Assembly: GCA_965235115.1 (NCBI GenBank)
Contig: OZ249436.1
Coordinates: 6,760,001-6,820,000 of the forward strand
Origin: Laetmonice hystrix
Lineage: Eukaryota
Direction of reading: 5' to 3'
DNA length: 60,000 nt
Every line of letters starts with the position of its first letter. The first letter of the stretch is position 1. Below the pieces are notes generated by a model. That model was given only the letters and a program-made list of their open reading frames with translations, was not told where the DNA came from and ran no database searches. The translations under genes were made by a program, and so were the position numbers. Below are positions 14,436 to 27,430 of this stretch, one piece after another.

Positions 14436-14883
14436 TGGATGTTTAGATGGGGAAGGGCAACCCCCAGGCGGACAGGTCTAACTGTGGGGAGGGCGTGGCA
14501 CCCACATTCCCACACCCTGTTCCGGTAGCGCCACAGACAAGGCATACACCGCCATGCAGGAGTCTGCAGGTGTCAGGTGTTGGCATGTTGTATAGAGTCC
14601 GGAAATATACACATTAAATACGGGGATGTAACATGGAGGCATGTGGCGATACCGTCGATCGTTTCCGTTTATAACGAGGGTTCCCATGGTATACACACGT
14701 GCTGACGTCAAGTTAGATCATGCATACCTAGACCTCCACTGGCCAGCTGTGACATTATCCATGTAATTCACTATACGATATGTCTTATATCGCTTCAGGA
14801 TTGTTTGAGAATATTTCTGTCTAACTTTGTCAAAAGGAAGCAACTGCCCGGGAAAACTGAGTGAAGTCGCCAGACCACTCGTT

Positions 14884-14943
14884 TTCCACGTGTGCAAAAT
14901 GTTCCCACGTGTGCAAAATGTTCCCACGTGTGCAAAATGTTCC
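14884..14943. repeat. 19-bp tandem repeat TTCCCACGTGTGCAAAATG, 3 copies
   Basis: Direct inspection. Confidence 0.85.
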
Positions 14944-16704
14944 TTATGTTCAAGGATATTATCATTTCCCCCTTAACAATACCACGCACCGAACTTACCT
15001 GCTCTTGAAGCCGAGTATATTTTGTGACGGGCATGCATAGTTTTGTATTTTGCAGATTGTGCACGGTATTTCGGACCTGGTGTTTATAGAACATGGACGG
15101 TGATCCGTAAAGATGAGCTGATGATGATAGTCCCTATGTACAGTTATCCCATTTGATAAAGCACCAGACTCGAAGCTTATTGCACAAAGAGTGAAATACG
15201 ACTCCAGTGTCTGATCCGTGTCTAACACATGCTTGTTTACATGATCCATTTGGTTAGGAATCGACGTGCGGAGATCTATTCTGACGATGTTTGGTTTGGA
15301 TCGACCACTCGGCATTCAGGTAAAGCGATGTACGGGGCGCCGAGCAGTCTGAGGAGAAACTTTGAACAAGGAGCTGGGCTGAATGGGATTGACACCATAA
15401 ATCCGTTATATTGGCACTGGTTGGCCTTCATTTGTGCTTATTTCACACTCATTATGGACACTGTTGATTTTACTGAAGCGATTGGGATCCGGTCACGGAT
15501 AAATCCATGCACACATCTGAATATGGATAGAAATATCCTAATTGAAGTCAGACATGACGACCATGAATCACGTATTAAAGGACGTGGGAGGGGGCGGGGG
15601 GGGTGGTAGGAGGGTGAGGGTGGGGGGGGGGTCCATCACAACGCCGTAGTGACAAAACAATTACGAGTACATGCCGATAAGGGCCATGCAGAATTCCAAT
15701 GTCCGCTGCATTTCGACATTTGTGGACACCCACTGCTACCCCCATTCCACCCCTCACCCTTGGAAAAAAAGGAGAGAGAAGGAGAAGAAAGCGGGGTGTG
15801 GTGACGTTTAAAGACTGTTGTCAGCCCTGGCCGCCGCCGTGCTGAGTCAGACGAAGGAAATTGCGGTTCTGTCGACCAGAGAGGAACGCAACCCTCTCAT
15901 TTTGACTCGAGTCGCTTTTCATGACGATAACTATTCTTTCTTGACATGAGCGTTGGGAGGCGAAGAACAAAGCGGGCGTGGCGGGCCTGCAAGCATGCCA
16001 TCGAGTGCAGGCAATGCCTCTAAAGTACGAGTGCTTCACCCTGGGCTCGCTCCATTGTTATGCCAAAGGCTTTGTGAGGACCATCTTGTCCCATCAAGTC
16101 AGGTTCGGATTAGACTTGCCTGTAACACGTTTAGTGGTGGGGTTATCACGTTTCTTACTAAAGTACCATTAAAACTAAACGTCCTGTTGGTCCAAGTCAA
16201 CATGTACACTACTCAAACAAGCTTCCATCAGTAAAAATGTGGGTGTGACACTAATAGAGTATGCGTACTCTAGGAATATCACCTCTGCTTTATATTGAAC
16301 GTTCTAATGTCATAACTCGTTCAACCCAAGTGAACAGAAGAATATATAAAAACAAGTTTTTAAACAGAAGAATATAAAATCATTCCTGACATGTGTACGT
16401 GGTGACCCAGATAATAGTGGGATTGTGCAGGATGAAGAGCCTCATACCTCTATAGACAGAGTCATGCGATACTTCAAACAAAGTCCACATCTGTGACTAA
16501 TCCTGGTCTCAGGCATGGATCCATGCATACTTCATAAGACCTTGACCGTCAGATAACAATTTTTAATATTTATAATGGATTTGGACTGAAATCTGAAACT
16601 TGGTCTGGGAAAGGGACACACCCATGTCCGACTGACGACCGACCCCAGCAGGGAACGCGGAAATATTAGGTAAAACAAGGAAAGGTAATATCATAGAATT
16701 AAAC

Positions 16705-17123
16705 GGGTCCTGGTCAGACGGTCCCAGAGCGGGCGGGGGGGCGGGGTCCTGGTCAGACGGTCCCAGAGCGGGCGGGAGGGGGAGAGGGCCGGGGTCCTGG
16801 TCAGACGGTCCCAGACCGGGCGGGAGGGGGAGAAAGCCGGGGTCCTGGTCAGACGGTCCCAGAGCGGGCGGGAGGGGGGAGAGGGCCGGGGTCCTGGTCA
16901 GACGGTCCCAGAGCGGGCGGGAGGGGGGAAAGGGCCGGGGTCCTGGTCAGACGGTCCCAGAGCGGGCGGGAGGGGGGAGAGGGCCGGGGTCCTGGTCAGA
17001 CGGTCCCAGGGCGGGCGGGAGGGGGGAGAGGGCCGGGGTCCTGGTCAGACGGTCCCAGAGCGGGCGGGAGGGGGGCGGGGTCCTGGTCCGACGGTCCCAG
17101 AGCGGGCAGGAGGGGGGAGAGGG
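16705..17123. repeat. G-rich minisatellite, about 50-bp unit, 8 copies
   Basis: GGGTCCTGGTCAGACGGTCCCAGAGCGGGCGGGAGGGGGGAGAGGGCCGG in tandem, with variable G-runs. Confidence 0.95.
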
Positions 17124-17719
17124 CTCTGTGAGTCACGGCTAGCGTCTCATCTACCGTCAAGTATTTACCTCTGTGAAAGTCACACCCGTGCCCCTCGAGA
17201 GGTAATACCACTTGTATTAATTAACTTAAGATAGCTTATATTAATTTGCCTATTCTGTCGCTGCTGCCATGTTTCGATTCCCCATAGCATGTCGACCTGT
17301 CATGGCACCGAGTCACGATGGCCTCTCTATCCGGACCTTCTGAAAGTGAACGGGGTGATGTCCGTGCACAGTATACAGCCCTTCTCCCTCTGTAAAACAA
17401 TCACACATAGGTTGACTGTGATACAGACTCTAAACCTGGTCCTGGTCGAAGCTGATCTAGGGGATTTATGTGATCGATTCATGCCAGTCACGTGTCCGAG
17501 TTGTGATGAGTGACCACCAGGTGGGGTTGTCACCGGATCGCCCTGGTCAGTCGGCCGGTACCCGCAGTGGAATCGGACCCCACTGAACCATCTGGCCCAC
17601 CCCAACAATCGGCGAAAGGGGTACATGAGCAACTTTAATCCCATTTAGCGCGCCATAATTGGCTTTATTGGGTAGGCATTGTGAAGGTTGTTTGTGGTCA
17701 AACACGGCCTGATCAACAA

Positions 17720-18120
17720 GGACTACAGATGGCGATTTAATTGGTGATGACCAGTGTCCATCAGGACAGGGGCGGGGTTCTTGCTCCTTGCTGACCACGG
17801 CCTCTGATCTGTCCACTTGCTCTTTAACATTTTCCTGCCCTCTATGTTGCATGCCAAATAAGCTACCCAAATACCTTGACCACTGACCACGGGTTACATT
17901 TAATCAACCAATTGACCCATGCACACTCCGTCATGCTGGACACCCGTGCCTACAATCCGCTCATATTGTCTATTCATGGGACGCACCCAGAACCAACCGA
18001 ATTCTCTCTGGCCACCAGCCTGGTTGCCCAGAGGCAGTTTTCACTGGACAAGGGCATGTGGACAAAGGCCACGTTGCCCACATGGCCTTCCCGGCTGGTT
18101 GACCACCAGAAATGACCCTT
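17720..18120 (+). pseudogene. Possible highly decayed LINE (I/Nimb-like) AP-endonuclease remnant
   Basis: Plus-strand translations DGDLIG...GRG, DHGLHLIN...YNPLILSI and RQFSLDKGMW fall in the order expected for the GDFN, L-x-L-L-N...IDL and K-A-D-W motifs. Similarity is weak and judged by eye. Confidence 0.3.
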
Positions 18121-20179
18121 GCAACACCTCCAAGCTGTCAGTTCCACACTCAACGACCAAACTATATTCACGAGCTTGGCCTGGGCATGCAGACTATTTA
18201 CTAGTTTATGAACCCATCAGGTGAGCGAGAATATACTGACCGTTGTGGACGATATCACCTCCAGTCAGCCGACCAATGGACAATCTAGACGGGCTGACTA
18301 CTGTATTGCCCCGGATACCCCAAGACACCCTTTGTCTTATGAATCCGTTTTGTCTACTTCAACCCATGAAAGTCTCATTGAAACCCATGAAAGTCTCATT
18401 GAAACCGAGCGGAGAGCCCTTGAAAACACCCGTTGTTGTCGTCTGCTCGCCGGGAGGTGACAGGTGGCGCCCCCTCTGTAATGATCTGATTGGGTGCTCG
18501 GACAGCGTCCGCACGACCTATTTAACCCCACACAGAATGAATGTGAACATTTAATGAATGAAAACGTTGGCAAATAAAGAGCTGTTTTATTAGTGAGGTT
18601 AGTCTGTCCAGTGACGTAGTTCCATGTTTATCTCCATGTTTGAATACAAGGGAGCAATGTCTTGTCGGAAATGGTTGATACCATTTCGGAGGACAACTAC
18701 CATTTGACGGTGACTGTTTCATTAACTTCCCCGGATATCTCAAAATGGTTCTGATTAGGTGTGTACATGAGGAAAACGTTTGACATGTAAGTGTTCCTCC
18801 TGTTTTAGTTTCTCTGTCTCGTTTACAGTTTTCAATTTGTCTGTGTGAAAAAAATGAATGACTAACAATGCATAAAGATGTTGTAATCATATGTTATGAC
18901 GGTTACCAAATGGTATCGTATGAGTGAGTCTCCTGCCACACTGCCTTCAGAAAACCTGGGCTTGTCTTACTAAGGTCTGGTTATTAACCGTATAGTTAAA
19001 TTTACCTGGCCGTGAATGCGTCTGGTTAATGGGATCGTTATTAACAAGAGACTTTTAGCATTCCCACTAAAGTTTACGATATCGTTAATAACCCATTATT
19101 GTTACTGGGATGAGGAAGGCCTATTTATTATAAGTGCATTCTTACTAAATCATTGGGACATTTCCAACTTATGTTCTCACGGTGCAGACCTACGGAGATT
19201 TGATCAAGGAGAGCGATCATTTCACCGTTTACCCTGAACAAACATAATGTGAAATACACAGCCTAGCGGACGTGTTGAGGGAGTCCACCGCCTGCCACAA
19301 CCTGTAACGACTTCACAATAAGTCTACTTATAGCCGCAGCTTTGTATACACTTCACAAAACCTTACGTACACAGAGAGCCTGAAATGGGTCTAATCCACT
19401 AAATCCGACAACAAACCCACAACATTCACAAATTCCCTCTCTTTGTGAGGATCGTTTTCAAAATACCTGAATGATTATACAACCACTGCCGTTCGATCTT
19501 AAACACAGAGGGGGAAGTCGGCCCACATGGTCGGGCTGAGACGTGCCTGTCAATTGCACCGTCCTTAAAGCTTTATCCTATTTGGATGGTTCATTGGTCT
19601 CTAGTATGTTTGCACACAATACCTACTGGCATTCGAAGCTAAGGACGTTAAACCAGTGGTAATCCCTCTGAGCCCCCTTCAATGGACTTATCAACTCCTT
19701 TATACTCGACTTCTTGTTCGGTGATACTTCTCCTTGTACGAAGTGAGGACTTTGGTCTGTAAGCCAGTTAGGTTAGTTTGTCCAATGGTAAGACTCATTA
19801 ACCCGGACCTTGTCAAATGTCCAACTATAGGCTGCTACTATATTGATGTCATCATATAGGCAAAGCACACTTCAGGGCACAGGAGATGGAATTAATGAAC
19901 TCCTAAACCAAAGAATGAATTAAGCGACAGAACAAACAGAGATGTCGGAAGCCGGGGGGGGGGGGGCAGGAGCCATGGCCACACCCACCAAAGAAACTGG
20001 GGGAGGGGGCTATCAATGAGTATGATCAATCTCAAATAGTCGAATTGCGACTTTCCTATGTCAAAAAATCCTAAAAACACAGGTACCGTCTCCTGCTCAG
20101 TTTACATCGCTGCCATCAACGGAGGAGGGATATCTCCATATTATGGTCGTTACATACACAGACACCATTTTATATCTGG

Positions 20180-21172
20180 TACTGACAATATCTACAGCAC
20201 CTGCTACATGGACCGTCTACAGACCCAGCCTACATCTTATACCTGCTACCGACAATATCTACAGAACCTGCTACATGGACCGTCTACAGACCCTACCTAC
20301 ATCTTATACCTGCTACCGACAATATCTACAGCACCTGCTACATGGACCGTCTACAGACCCAGCCTACATCTTATACCTGCTACCGACAATATCTACAGCA
20401 CCTGCTACATGGACCGTCTACGGACTCAGCCTACATCTTATACCTGCTACCGACACTACAGCACCTGCTACATGGACCGTCTACGGAACCAGCCTACATC
20501 TTATACCTGCTACTGACAATATCTACAGCACCTGCTACATGGACCGTCTACGGACCCAGCCTACATCTTATACCTGCTACCGACAATATCTACAGCACCT
20601 GCTACATGGACCGTCTACGGACCCAGCCTACATCTTATACCTGCTACCGACACTACAGCACCTGCTACATTGACCGTCTACAAACCCAGCCTACATCTTA
20701 TACCTGCTACCGACACTACAGCACCTGCTACATGGACCGCTACAGACCCAGCCTACATCTTATACCTGCTACTGACAATATCTACAGCACCTGCTACATG
20801 GACCGTCTACGGACCCAGCCTACATCTTATATCTGCTACCGACAATATCTACAGCACCTGCTACATGGACCGTCTACAGACCCAGCCTACATCTTATACC
20901 TGCTACTGACAATATCTACAGCACCTGCTACATGGACCGTCTACGGACCCAGCCTACATCTTATATCTGCTACCGACAATATCTACAGCACCTGCTACAT
21001 GGACCGTCTACAAACCCAGCCTACATCTTATACCTGCTACCGACACTACAGCACCTGCTACATGGACCGTTTAAAATACAGACCCAGCCTACATCTTATA
21101 CCTGCTACTGACAATATCTACAGTACCTGCTACATGGACCGTCTACAAACCCAGCCTACATCTTATACCTGC
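20180..21172. repeat. Minisatellite, 67-bp unit (shorter variants), about 15 copies
   Basis: GACAATATCTACAGCACCTGCTACATGGACCGTCTACAGACCCAGCCTACATCTTATACCTGCTACC in tandem. Confidence 0.96.
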
Positions 21173-22077
21173 TGCGTTCACAATATCGGTGTCATCCAGG
21201 GGTCATACACCTGGCAGATCCCCTGGACATAGCAGACCCCTTGTCCGTACCCCCTGCTGCTTAACCATTGTGCGGTCAGTCTGTAATAAATCCCTTTATT
21301 CCTTGGCTCGATCGCCATCGACGCGACCGTTGGTAAAGTCGTGCCGCGGAGGGCCCCATGCCGTCCCCCACAATGAATTGCACGTTGAGGGAACGCCACC
21401 GACAGACGGAGTGGACAGGCACTTTTTACAGTTTGTTCCTAGCACTCTCTAATAATAGAGAATTACTCAGCAGGCAGGCAGGCAGAGCGATGAAATTAAA
21501 CACGGCGTATTGAAGATCTGGTGGTGATTACTGCTGCAGTAATTTGAAGCCGATTAGAGATCCGACTCTATGATGGCGGCTAATTTGTGCCACAAGAAAG
21601 GGCTTTATGAAAGAAGGAAACGAAAAGAGAAAAAAGAGAAAGGTTGGTCGTTGGATGGGCGAGTATGCCTGACGTGTATTATCCTTTGTGGGAAATACTG
21701 CTAATCAAAAGTGTCCAATACAGGTCTAATATAATTCGAGAAGCTCTTCTCTATCACATTCAAAGCTCAACAATGCAGGATTCATATTTTCCGAGCTTCC
21801 AATTTCAACTTTGAATGTTAAAACGTCAAGGGTATTACTTATTTTAAAATCCAACCAGTATTCTGTTGTGTTTCTCTGAACAATTGGCTAAAAGCGTATT
21901 GTACCATAGTGCAATCAGAATTGGCCTATGTCGGTAAGGGTCATAGCGAAAGTAACTGTTTGACAGAGAAGGCTAAGCCAAACACAAAGCGTGACATATA
22001 TATTGGAAAGTGTCATCAAAGAGGAAAAAACCATGACTACCATTCACCTGGACCAAACGACACGTGAGTATTATTAA

Positions 22078-22423
22078 AGCAAACACCAACTATCTCTTAT
22101 TTCAATGACTCCAAAATACAGACGTAGGCTGTTAGGTCAGATACGGCCTTAGACTACATACACCAATAAAATGTAGACCCACAGAAATGGAGAAATCTAA
22201 TGAAATTCAATTGCCTGTTGTCGCTATGAAGCGATCGTCTTATGGCTCGTTGTTGACAAAACCGTAGACCGGGCATTGACTTGAAGAAAAAACGAGGAAA
22301 TTCATCTGGCGATGAACCGTTGAATTTTATTGGCTGTTCAAGTCAATGCCAGGTCAACTATCTAACCTAACAGTCCATTTTGGAGTTCATGTTAAATGAA
22401 ATAAGAGATAGTCGGTGTTTGCT
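22078..22423. mobile_element. Palindromic MITE flanked by TTAA (Kolobok-like non-autonomous DNA transposon)
   Basis: 27-bp terminal inverted repeats AGCAAACACC(A/G)ACTATCTCTTATTTCA with one mismatch. TTAA at 22074-22077 and 22424-22427. Internal inverted arms CTCCAAAAT/ATTTTGGAG, CTGTTAGG/CCTAACAG and GGCATTGACTTGAA/TTCAAGTCAATGCC. Confidence 0.85.
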
Positions 22424-23255
22424 TTAACTAATTACACGACATGTTTCTACTTTGTAAATGCGTTACTGATTAATTTGTCGTTTTTTGACTCATGTTTTAT
22501 GCTAAGAATGTCTAACACTGCTCATTTCCCCCACATCGAGGGTCGGAATAGAATGAATTCACACTTTTAACACTAAGTACATGTTGGTTACACCATAGAT
22601 AGACCTGTAGCAAGATTGTGATAACATTCTGTTTGATACCACTAACCCAGGATGACCAACAGCGCAGCTCGGGGTGTGAATGTTTCTGGTACCTAGCATT
22701 ATCTGTGAAATGTCAGCAGACATCACATGACTCTCGACAACCAATGAATGACTGTTTACACACTGGCCACTGACTCCTCACGACGAGTAGTACATGCAGC
22801 GTTCCGGATCACAAGGGGAATGACTTATGACTTTCTGCGCGCGCACTCTGACAGATCAGACTAGAAGAATAATTATTTCAGCAAAACATGGCGACAATCC
22901 GCCTGGAGCAATGCCCAGGCTGGCACCCTACAGCCACCTTACTACCGGCTACATCCGGCCAATTAAATCCTAAACACACCTGTCGTGTAACATTGCCGAA
23001 CATTCCGATTCATTCTCGCCCTGTTTATCAATTAACTACGCCTAACTATCCCGAAGACCGGAAGACTGCCGAGAACGCCATCATTAGCGTGACACCTTGT
23101 TACCTGTGACGTATCGTCTGGTCTTTCTCTTATCACCGACATATCATTATATCTGTCCCTACTGTCTAAATTATGTAAGAGCACCCGTTCCAACACCGGC
23201 CGATCTCATGCAGAGGTTGCGCTAACCATATCGTCACATCAGGTACAACAAGTCC

Positions 23256-23969
23256 GAGTCCCACACTGTATTACTATGGTCCGTTTTTACCCTAGGAGTC
23301 CCACAATGTATTCCTATGGTCCGTTTTTACCCTAGGAGTCCCACAATGTATTCCTATGGTCCGTTTTTACCCTAGGAGTCGCACAATGTATTCCTATGGT
23401 CCGTTTTTACCCTAGGAGTCCCACAATGTATTCCTATGGTCCGTTTTTACCCTAGGAGTCCCACAATGTATTCCTATGGTCCGTTTTTACCCTAGGAGTC
23501 CCACAATGTATTCCTATGGTCCGTTTTTACCCTAGGAGTCCCACAATGTATTCCTATGGTCCGTTTTTACCCTAGGAGTCCCACAATGTATTCCTATGGT
23601 CCGTTTTTACCCTAGGAGTCCCACAATGTATTCCTATGGTCCGTTTTTACCCTAGGTGTCCCACAATGTATTTCTGTGGTCCGTTTTTACCCTAGGAGTC
23701 GCACAATGTATTCCTATGGTCCGTTTTTACCCTAGGAGTCCCACAATGTATTCCTGTGGTCCGTTTTTACCCTAGGAGTCGCACAATGTATTCCTATGGT
23801 CCGTTTTTACCCTAGGAGTCGCACAATGTATTCCTATGGTCCGTTTTTACCCTAGGAGTCCCACAATGTATTCCTATGGTCCGTTTTTACCCTAGGAGTC
23901 CCACAATGTATTCCTATGGTCCGTTTTTACCCTAGGAGTCCCACAATGTATTCCTATGGTCCGTTTTTA
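23256..23969. repeat. Minisatellite, 40-bp unit, about 18 copies
   Basis: GAGTCCCACAATGTATTCCTATGGTCCGTTTTTACCCTAG in tandem, nearly invariant. Confidence 0.97.
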
Positions 23970-25119
23970 GCCTGAGGATCACGCCATAAGGAGACCACTA
24001 CGGCACCATGCTGGCCCATTGTCATTCGATCATTTACATTATGTATGATCACACAAACTACTAAACCATGATCGTCTTGATGTGATGTTAGGGATAACAT
24101 TTACATTATAAATGGTGTACCTGTATTTGATTGATAATCTATGGGAGTGGTCAAAGTGGTACTTGAATGAGGAATTGTCCTTTGTTATCCCAGCACCGGT
24201 TGTTAACCTAAAGGGCCACTGCCGTATACAATCTAATCTTAATTCCCTAAACTGCCCACTTCTCGACAAGTACTAGGGAGGGGAAGTGCCGATTACGACT
24301 TCCATTCTGACTACCATTGATCTGGTATGCGGGATACCATTGACACACGACATGGCGGTCAATACGGAATGTTGCGCTAACTGCGTTTGTTCCTGTATTG
24401 GCTACAGGCACCATGGACAACTTATTACAGAACGGTGTGAAAGATAACGACAGAGCTATGTACAGGTGGAGTTGGCTCAATGTGACTCATGAATATATTC
24501 AACAGAAATCTCGGACAAATAGGAGATCTAGGAATACGTTTCCCTGCCAGGTCGTATAGCGTTTAATAATAATTGAATTATACAGCCGCGTGAAGTCGTT
24601 CACCAAATACCATATAGGCCTATAGCCAATAAATAATGGTTGCAATACTTCCAGCTTCATGGACTGAAGGTCACCGAATATTGTCAACATTTGTCAAAGT
24701 TGGACATCAATCTGACCCATTTACGATCACCGAAATAACCATTATAACATTCCGGCATCCCACCCACTGCACCTGGTCCATGGCATTCCTCCTGCCTAGA
24801 GTTGTGAAAACAGTCCATTCTGGCAGGGAATTAACCAGGAGTGCCACCATCGTGTGGCCGTAGGAACACTCGATATGCCTCATCCTTTAGAACCACGCAA
24901 CAGTATACAATATACACATATATGGTTAAAGGTATAGGCCTACTAAAGCGTCATTTTAGCAATGTTTTCCGTCCAATACCAGCGAGCGATGAACACGAGT
25001 GGCTAACATTCTAATCCCAAATCTCCGTCAACTGTCGCGGTCATGTCCAGTCGTCCAGCCATCCATATATAGACGTCAGTGATCCGTCTATCTGAATACA
25101 ATAATGTGTGTGGGATCCT

Positions 25120-25287
25120 GTCAAGGTCACCACAAGACATTTACCGCGTCAAGGTCACCACAAGACATTTACCGCGTCAAGGTCACCACAAGACATTTAC
25201 CGCGTCAAGGTCACCACAAGACATTTACCGCGTCAAGGTCACCACAAGACGTTTACCGCGTCAAGGTCACCACAAGACGTTTACCGC
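25120..25287. repeat. Tandem repeat, 28-bp unit, 6 copies
   Basis: GTCAAGGTCACCACAAGACATTTACCGC in tandem. Confidence 0.95.
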
Positions 25288-25529
25288 ACTTTCTGTCGAG
25301 CTCCTATTAATCATTAAGAGAGCTGTATTGTCCTGGCCGCACGAAGTTTGGGAATGGTGGTGACGGGAGTGGATAGTCTGTGGCATGGCGAACCTAGTAG
25401 GTGGCCGAAACATCATGAATAACTTACAGCTGTCATGAATATACCAGTAGCAAAATCGTGCAGTTCACACCGCGTCTCGGTGTACATAGAAGAACAATAA
25501 TTGCTCCATTAAAGAAGACTCTTATAGTT

Positions 25530-25860
25530 CAGAGGGCGGGGAGTGGGGTGGAGGTTTTTTTATATAGAGGGCGGGGAGTGGGGTAGTTGTATTTTATAGA
25601 GGTCATTGTATAGAGGTCGAGGAGCAGAGTGGAGTTTATTGTATAGAGGTCGAGGAGAGGGTGGAGATTTTTTTTCAAGGTTGATGGGTGGGATAGAGTT
25701 TTATTTAGCCTACGAAGGGCGAGGAGTGGGGTAGAGTTTTATTTACAGAGGGCGAGGAGTGGGGTGGAGTTTTATTTAAAGGGCGAGGAGTGGGATGGAG
25801 TTTTTATTTACAGAGGGCGACGAGTGAGGTGGAGTTGTATTTACGAAGGGCAAAGAGTTG
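25530..25860. repeat. Degenerate purine-rich tandem repeat, about 30-35-bp unit
   Basis: Recurrent AGAGGGCGAGGAGTGGGGTGGAGTTTTATTT-like units with many substitutions. Confidence 0.75.
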
Positions 25861-26599
25861 GGTACATCAGGCAGGATACATCTTCCAGTATTATAGTAAA
25901 AGAGGCTGCCGAGCCACACTGCCCTCCGGATCATTACCGGTATCTCTGATGATCATTACATATCTTATCATCATTCTGTGAGATCAAACATAATTGCTAC
26001 AAGTATTATCCGATATCATCATCAGGATCCTATTCACGTGGCAGGCTGGAGATTCAGGTATAAATATAAAATGAGTGCGCGTGAAGAGGCCCAGCCACTC
26101 TATCGTTGTATCACTTAGGTCGGGAGTCTGGCAATAGAATTAAGTCAGGGCCATCAAACGCTGCAGCCTAAGGATGTGGCCATTTAGCTCTGACGGTCTC
26201 CAGGGTGCACAAAACGTTGACGATGATCGAGGGATCGTTGGTCTATGGATCCATTACAAGCTCAGTATCCATGGCAAGTGAATGGTTGAGCGTCAACTAT
26301 AGATCACAATTACCGCACTCTATAGATGGCTAACCATAAAGAACGAACCCTGCGTATTTTCAGATCTCTTTTGCTATTGTGCTATTCTGCCTGCATAATG
26401 ACGCGTGGTATTGGAAACAAGGAATATTTGTAAGGAGACCACTGCTATAACTTCATCCTCAATGTACAATATTGTGATATGTTTGATCCAATGCGCCCCG
26501 CTGACCTAAATACGTATACTTTTTGTTCCCAGTTCATACTGCCCGGGTATATTGATGTCTACTCTCACCCAACGATCTCCATGACCACTTGAGGACAAC

Positions 26600-27430
26600 A
26601 CTTGACCTCTAGGTGTAATGGAGGTTCTTCCGGTTTGGCGTCTAAGACGGCTGTTGACCTGACTGATGGTCAAGCGGTCAAGCTGCCCCTTACCTGTTGA
26701 TGATGGGGGCGCAAGCCTGGACTTCCGGTTCCACAGAAACGCTGATAACAGATGGTAAGAACTGCTCAAGACAGACTTATTTCCTGCCGGTGTCCTTGAG
26801 GCATACTGAAGCGAGCGGCGGACGTTGAAGGTCATAGAATAGAGGTCACATATACGCTGGGCGACTACGTGAAGGCAAGCAGACTGTGGCCTTTAAGGCA
26901 TCCCGCTCGGCACCAACTAATGGGCTGCTGATCACTGCTATCGTCCGCGCCATTATGACCAAACAGCTTCCAACAGGACCGTGCCGAGGACAAGTTAATT
27001 TCCTCCAAATTGCGAGCCAGGACGGGTTGCTTCCTTTGCATGCACGATGGCATGGCTTGCCCTCTTTTCTGCCTATTTTGTCTCTTGTGTTCACGTAAGG
27101 AAAAACAGCGGTGAGAACGGGCATAAACAACGTGTTGTTCATACATAAGCTTACCGTCCAGCATCATAAGTTTATGATGAGTGCCAAGTAAGTCTTATAA
27201 ATCTGATGACAAGTACAACCACCAGGTCGTCGTCGATTTTTTTTCTTGGTTACCTTTAATGCCAATCGGCAGCTGTGAAATTTTTATGTCAAGAAAAAAA
27301 ATCGTTCTTCTTATCGACAAGGGTGTGGCTGTTATGAGGGCAGTGTGTGAGAAAACGATCATCTTCCTTGTCATATCGATATGGTGAGGAAAGTGTACAT
27401 CATTTCCATCTATAATAAACATCGCTGAGA
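26600..27430 (-). pseudogene. Decayed non-LTR retrotransposon (I/Nimb-like LINE) ORF2 fragment, post-RT region
   Basis: Minus-strand translations occur in the expected order: TRKMIVFS; YLG...MLDGKLMYEQHV (cf. YLG-x-x-LD-x-KL-x-F-x-x-H); ISSPLVGAERDALK...SRSR (cf. WGADR-x-x-L...IRS); QLDRLTISQ...RRQTGRTSITP (cf. LD-x-IQ...R...G...TP). Frameshifts and stops lie between them. Confidence 0.6.

Noticed and set aside
19480..19680. SINE-like fragments (also 40640-40810 and 17130-17215)
   Set aside because: Only short motif resemblances; no clear A/B boxes, tail or TSD to support a call without a repeat-library search.
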